Shown: positions 62,441-64,000 of the stretch, one piece after another
Layout of the letters: each line of letters begins with the position of its first letter
Numbering within the stretch: the first letter of the stretch is position 1
Assembly: GCA_012026655.1 (NCBI GenBank)
Contig: JAAILG010000268.1
Coordinates: 1 to 64,000 of the forward strand
DNA length: 64,000 nucleotides
Reading direction: 5' to 3'
DNA from: Hydrolagus affinis
Lineage: Eukaryota
Notes under the pieces: generated by a model
Databases searched by the model: none
Seen by the model: only the letters and a program-made list of their open reading frames with translations
Told to the model about the DNA's origin: nothing
Made by a program: the position numbers and the translations under genes

Positions 62441-64000
62441 TGTCAGAAGGATCGTTAGATGTTCTTATACCTGCAAATAGAGACACCTCAGTTTTTAAAT
62501 CGTTACAAGAATGGAGTAAAGGTAAAAGAAACTATGAAGGAAAAACAAAAAAGTTTAATAAACTACAAGAATGAAGAAAACCAACGAGAAAGTAAATTAA
62601 GAATTAAATGATGCACGGTGAAGTATGAAAGAAACAGTAAAAATGAGGAACACGAAATGGAATAATCAGAGATCTTCATAAAGGACGACAAAAAATAATC
62701 AGATGTGATTAAATTCTCTTATCTCTGGAGGCTGTACAGGTCACAAGTGAAATGAGTTCTGGAAATCTCATTCCACCTCCCAAAGGATGAATTCAGAGCA
62801 TGAAACTGCTATAAATTTACCAACAACAGGGATTCATTTACAAGTCTTGGTATCAGAGACTGTGGGATGTGCAACAAGAACTGAACTGCTGCCCTGACGT
62901 TGTAGGAGGTGCTCTTCTGAGTAGGGGGCTGAGAATGCTTTGGGGGTGACAGCAATGTTACAAAGAACCACAATTGCAGTTAACTAGATCTGGAGAGTGC
63001 TTGACACTGACATGTAAAATGGAAAGGATTCATTCCTCCATACTGTAACCCTTTGCCTACGGTACAAAAAAAAGGTAAAAGGAAACCTATAGTTGACAAA
63101 AGTAGATACAAAGGTTTTGGTAATTTAAAATGGAAGGAAAGCTAATGCTAAAATGATTAAACTCAATAGGCACTATAAAAACCATTAATGATCAGACGTT
63201 TTCATATGAATTGTCTGGCCCATGAATTTTTCATAAGTCTGTGGGGCAAATCAATGTCAATTTTGTGCAAAATCAGCAGCAGCTATGGGCCACTGATAAA
63301 GAGGGAGAAGCGGAACACACAATCGCTTAGGCCTTTACAATTCACAAAGCCTTTTGCAGATCTAGAAAATATGTTTCTTCAAAAATACGTATTCAATGTT
63401 ACCACAAAAACTCCACAGATAACTATTTCTAGAGCCCACTGTGGAGAGCTGTTTTATGTGACTGATCGATCCACAAGCATTTTGCCACTAGGACTTTGTC
63501 TGAAAACATAGCTTATCTGGATCAACTTGGAAGTCAGACATATCTTTAGAGTACCCGATTCATCCTTTCTAAAGGAAGTGGCCGTTAGTCAATGGCTTTT
63601 ACGTTTGCTTCAAAACGTAGATCGATTTTCTTTCACTTTTACTTTTGAGTCAGTTAAAATGTTTTCCTTCCAAGTTAAGTTTGATTTGCTGCATTAGCAG
63701 CATTAATTCTTTATTTTAATTTTGAAAAGTCACAACTTTGGTTAATAAACCATTATGGTTTATATGGTTTATAAACCGTATTTTGTTCGGTGCTAATACA
63801 TATTTCCTGCAAAGTAATAAAAACTAAGAAATATAGGGGCAAAAAATTGTGGCAATGTGATGCACGTAATACATTTGTTTCACTCCGGTTATGTCATAAC
63901 TCTTTGCAAGTTCAATTATTTTTCCAGCATTTTCTAGTAGTCGTACAGACTCTAAAATTATATAGCAATAGATATTCCACCTGGGGTCAAGATTGACTCT

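Noticed and set aside
63745-63779. Small AT-rich palindromes (ataaaccat-t-atggtttat...)
   Set aside because: Too short and low in complexity to assign a function; probably a template-switch scar.

Overview
This is eukaryotic, AT-rich, CpG-depleted vertebrate DNA with four assembly gaps. The repeat families resemble those of a cartilaginous fish, probably a holocephalan such as the elephant shark Callorhinchus milii (inference from remembered repeat families, not a search). I see no intact protein-coding gene. Every ORF with recognisable homology is a frameshifted L2 or CR1 LINE reverse-transcriptase remnant; the rest are spurious, including gap and microsatellite ORFs. The window alternates between two kinds of sequence. 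(i) Repeat clusters, often nested inside one another: L2 and CR1 LINE fragments, a tRNA-Ala-like SINE family, Deu-domain SINEs, an older third SINE family, a Tigger/pogo-type non-autonomous DNA element, an 88-bp palindromic MITE and Penelope-like terminal repeats. (ii) Repeat-free islands dense in homeodomain/POU/SOX/FOX-like motifs, which look like conserved non-coding elements in a gene desert or giant intron. The most notable signals are three copies of a minimal type-I hammerhead ribozyme core (two as an inverted pair at 25683-25960, one solo at 58526-58662) and a ~590-bp inverted duplication (3198-3786 / 5831-6423) enclosing a consensus CTCF motif. Many short SINE/L2 3' tail fragments are not listed individually, and repeat boundaries are approximate.
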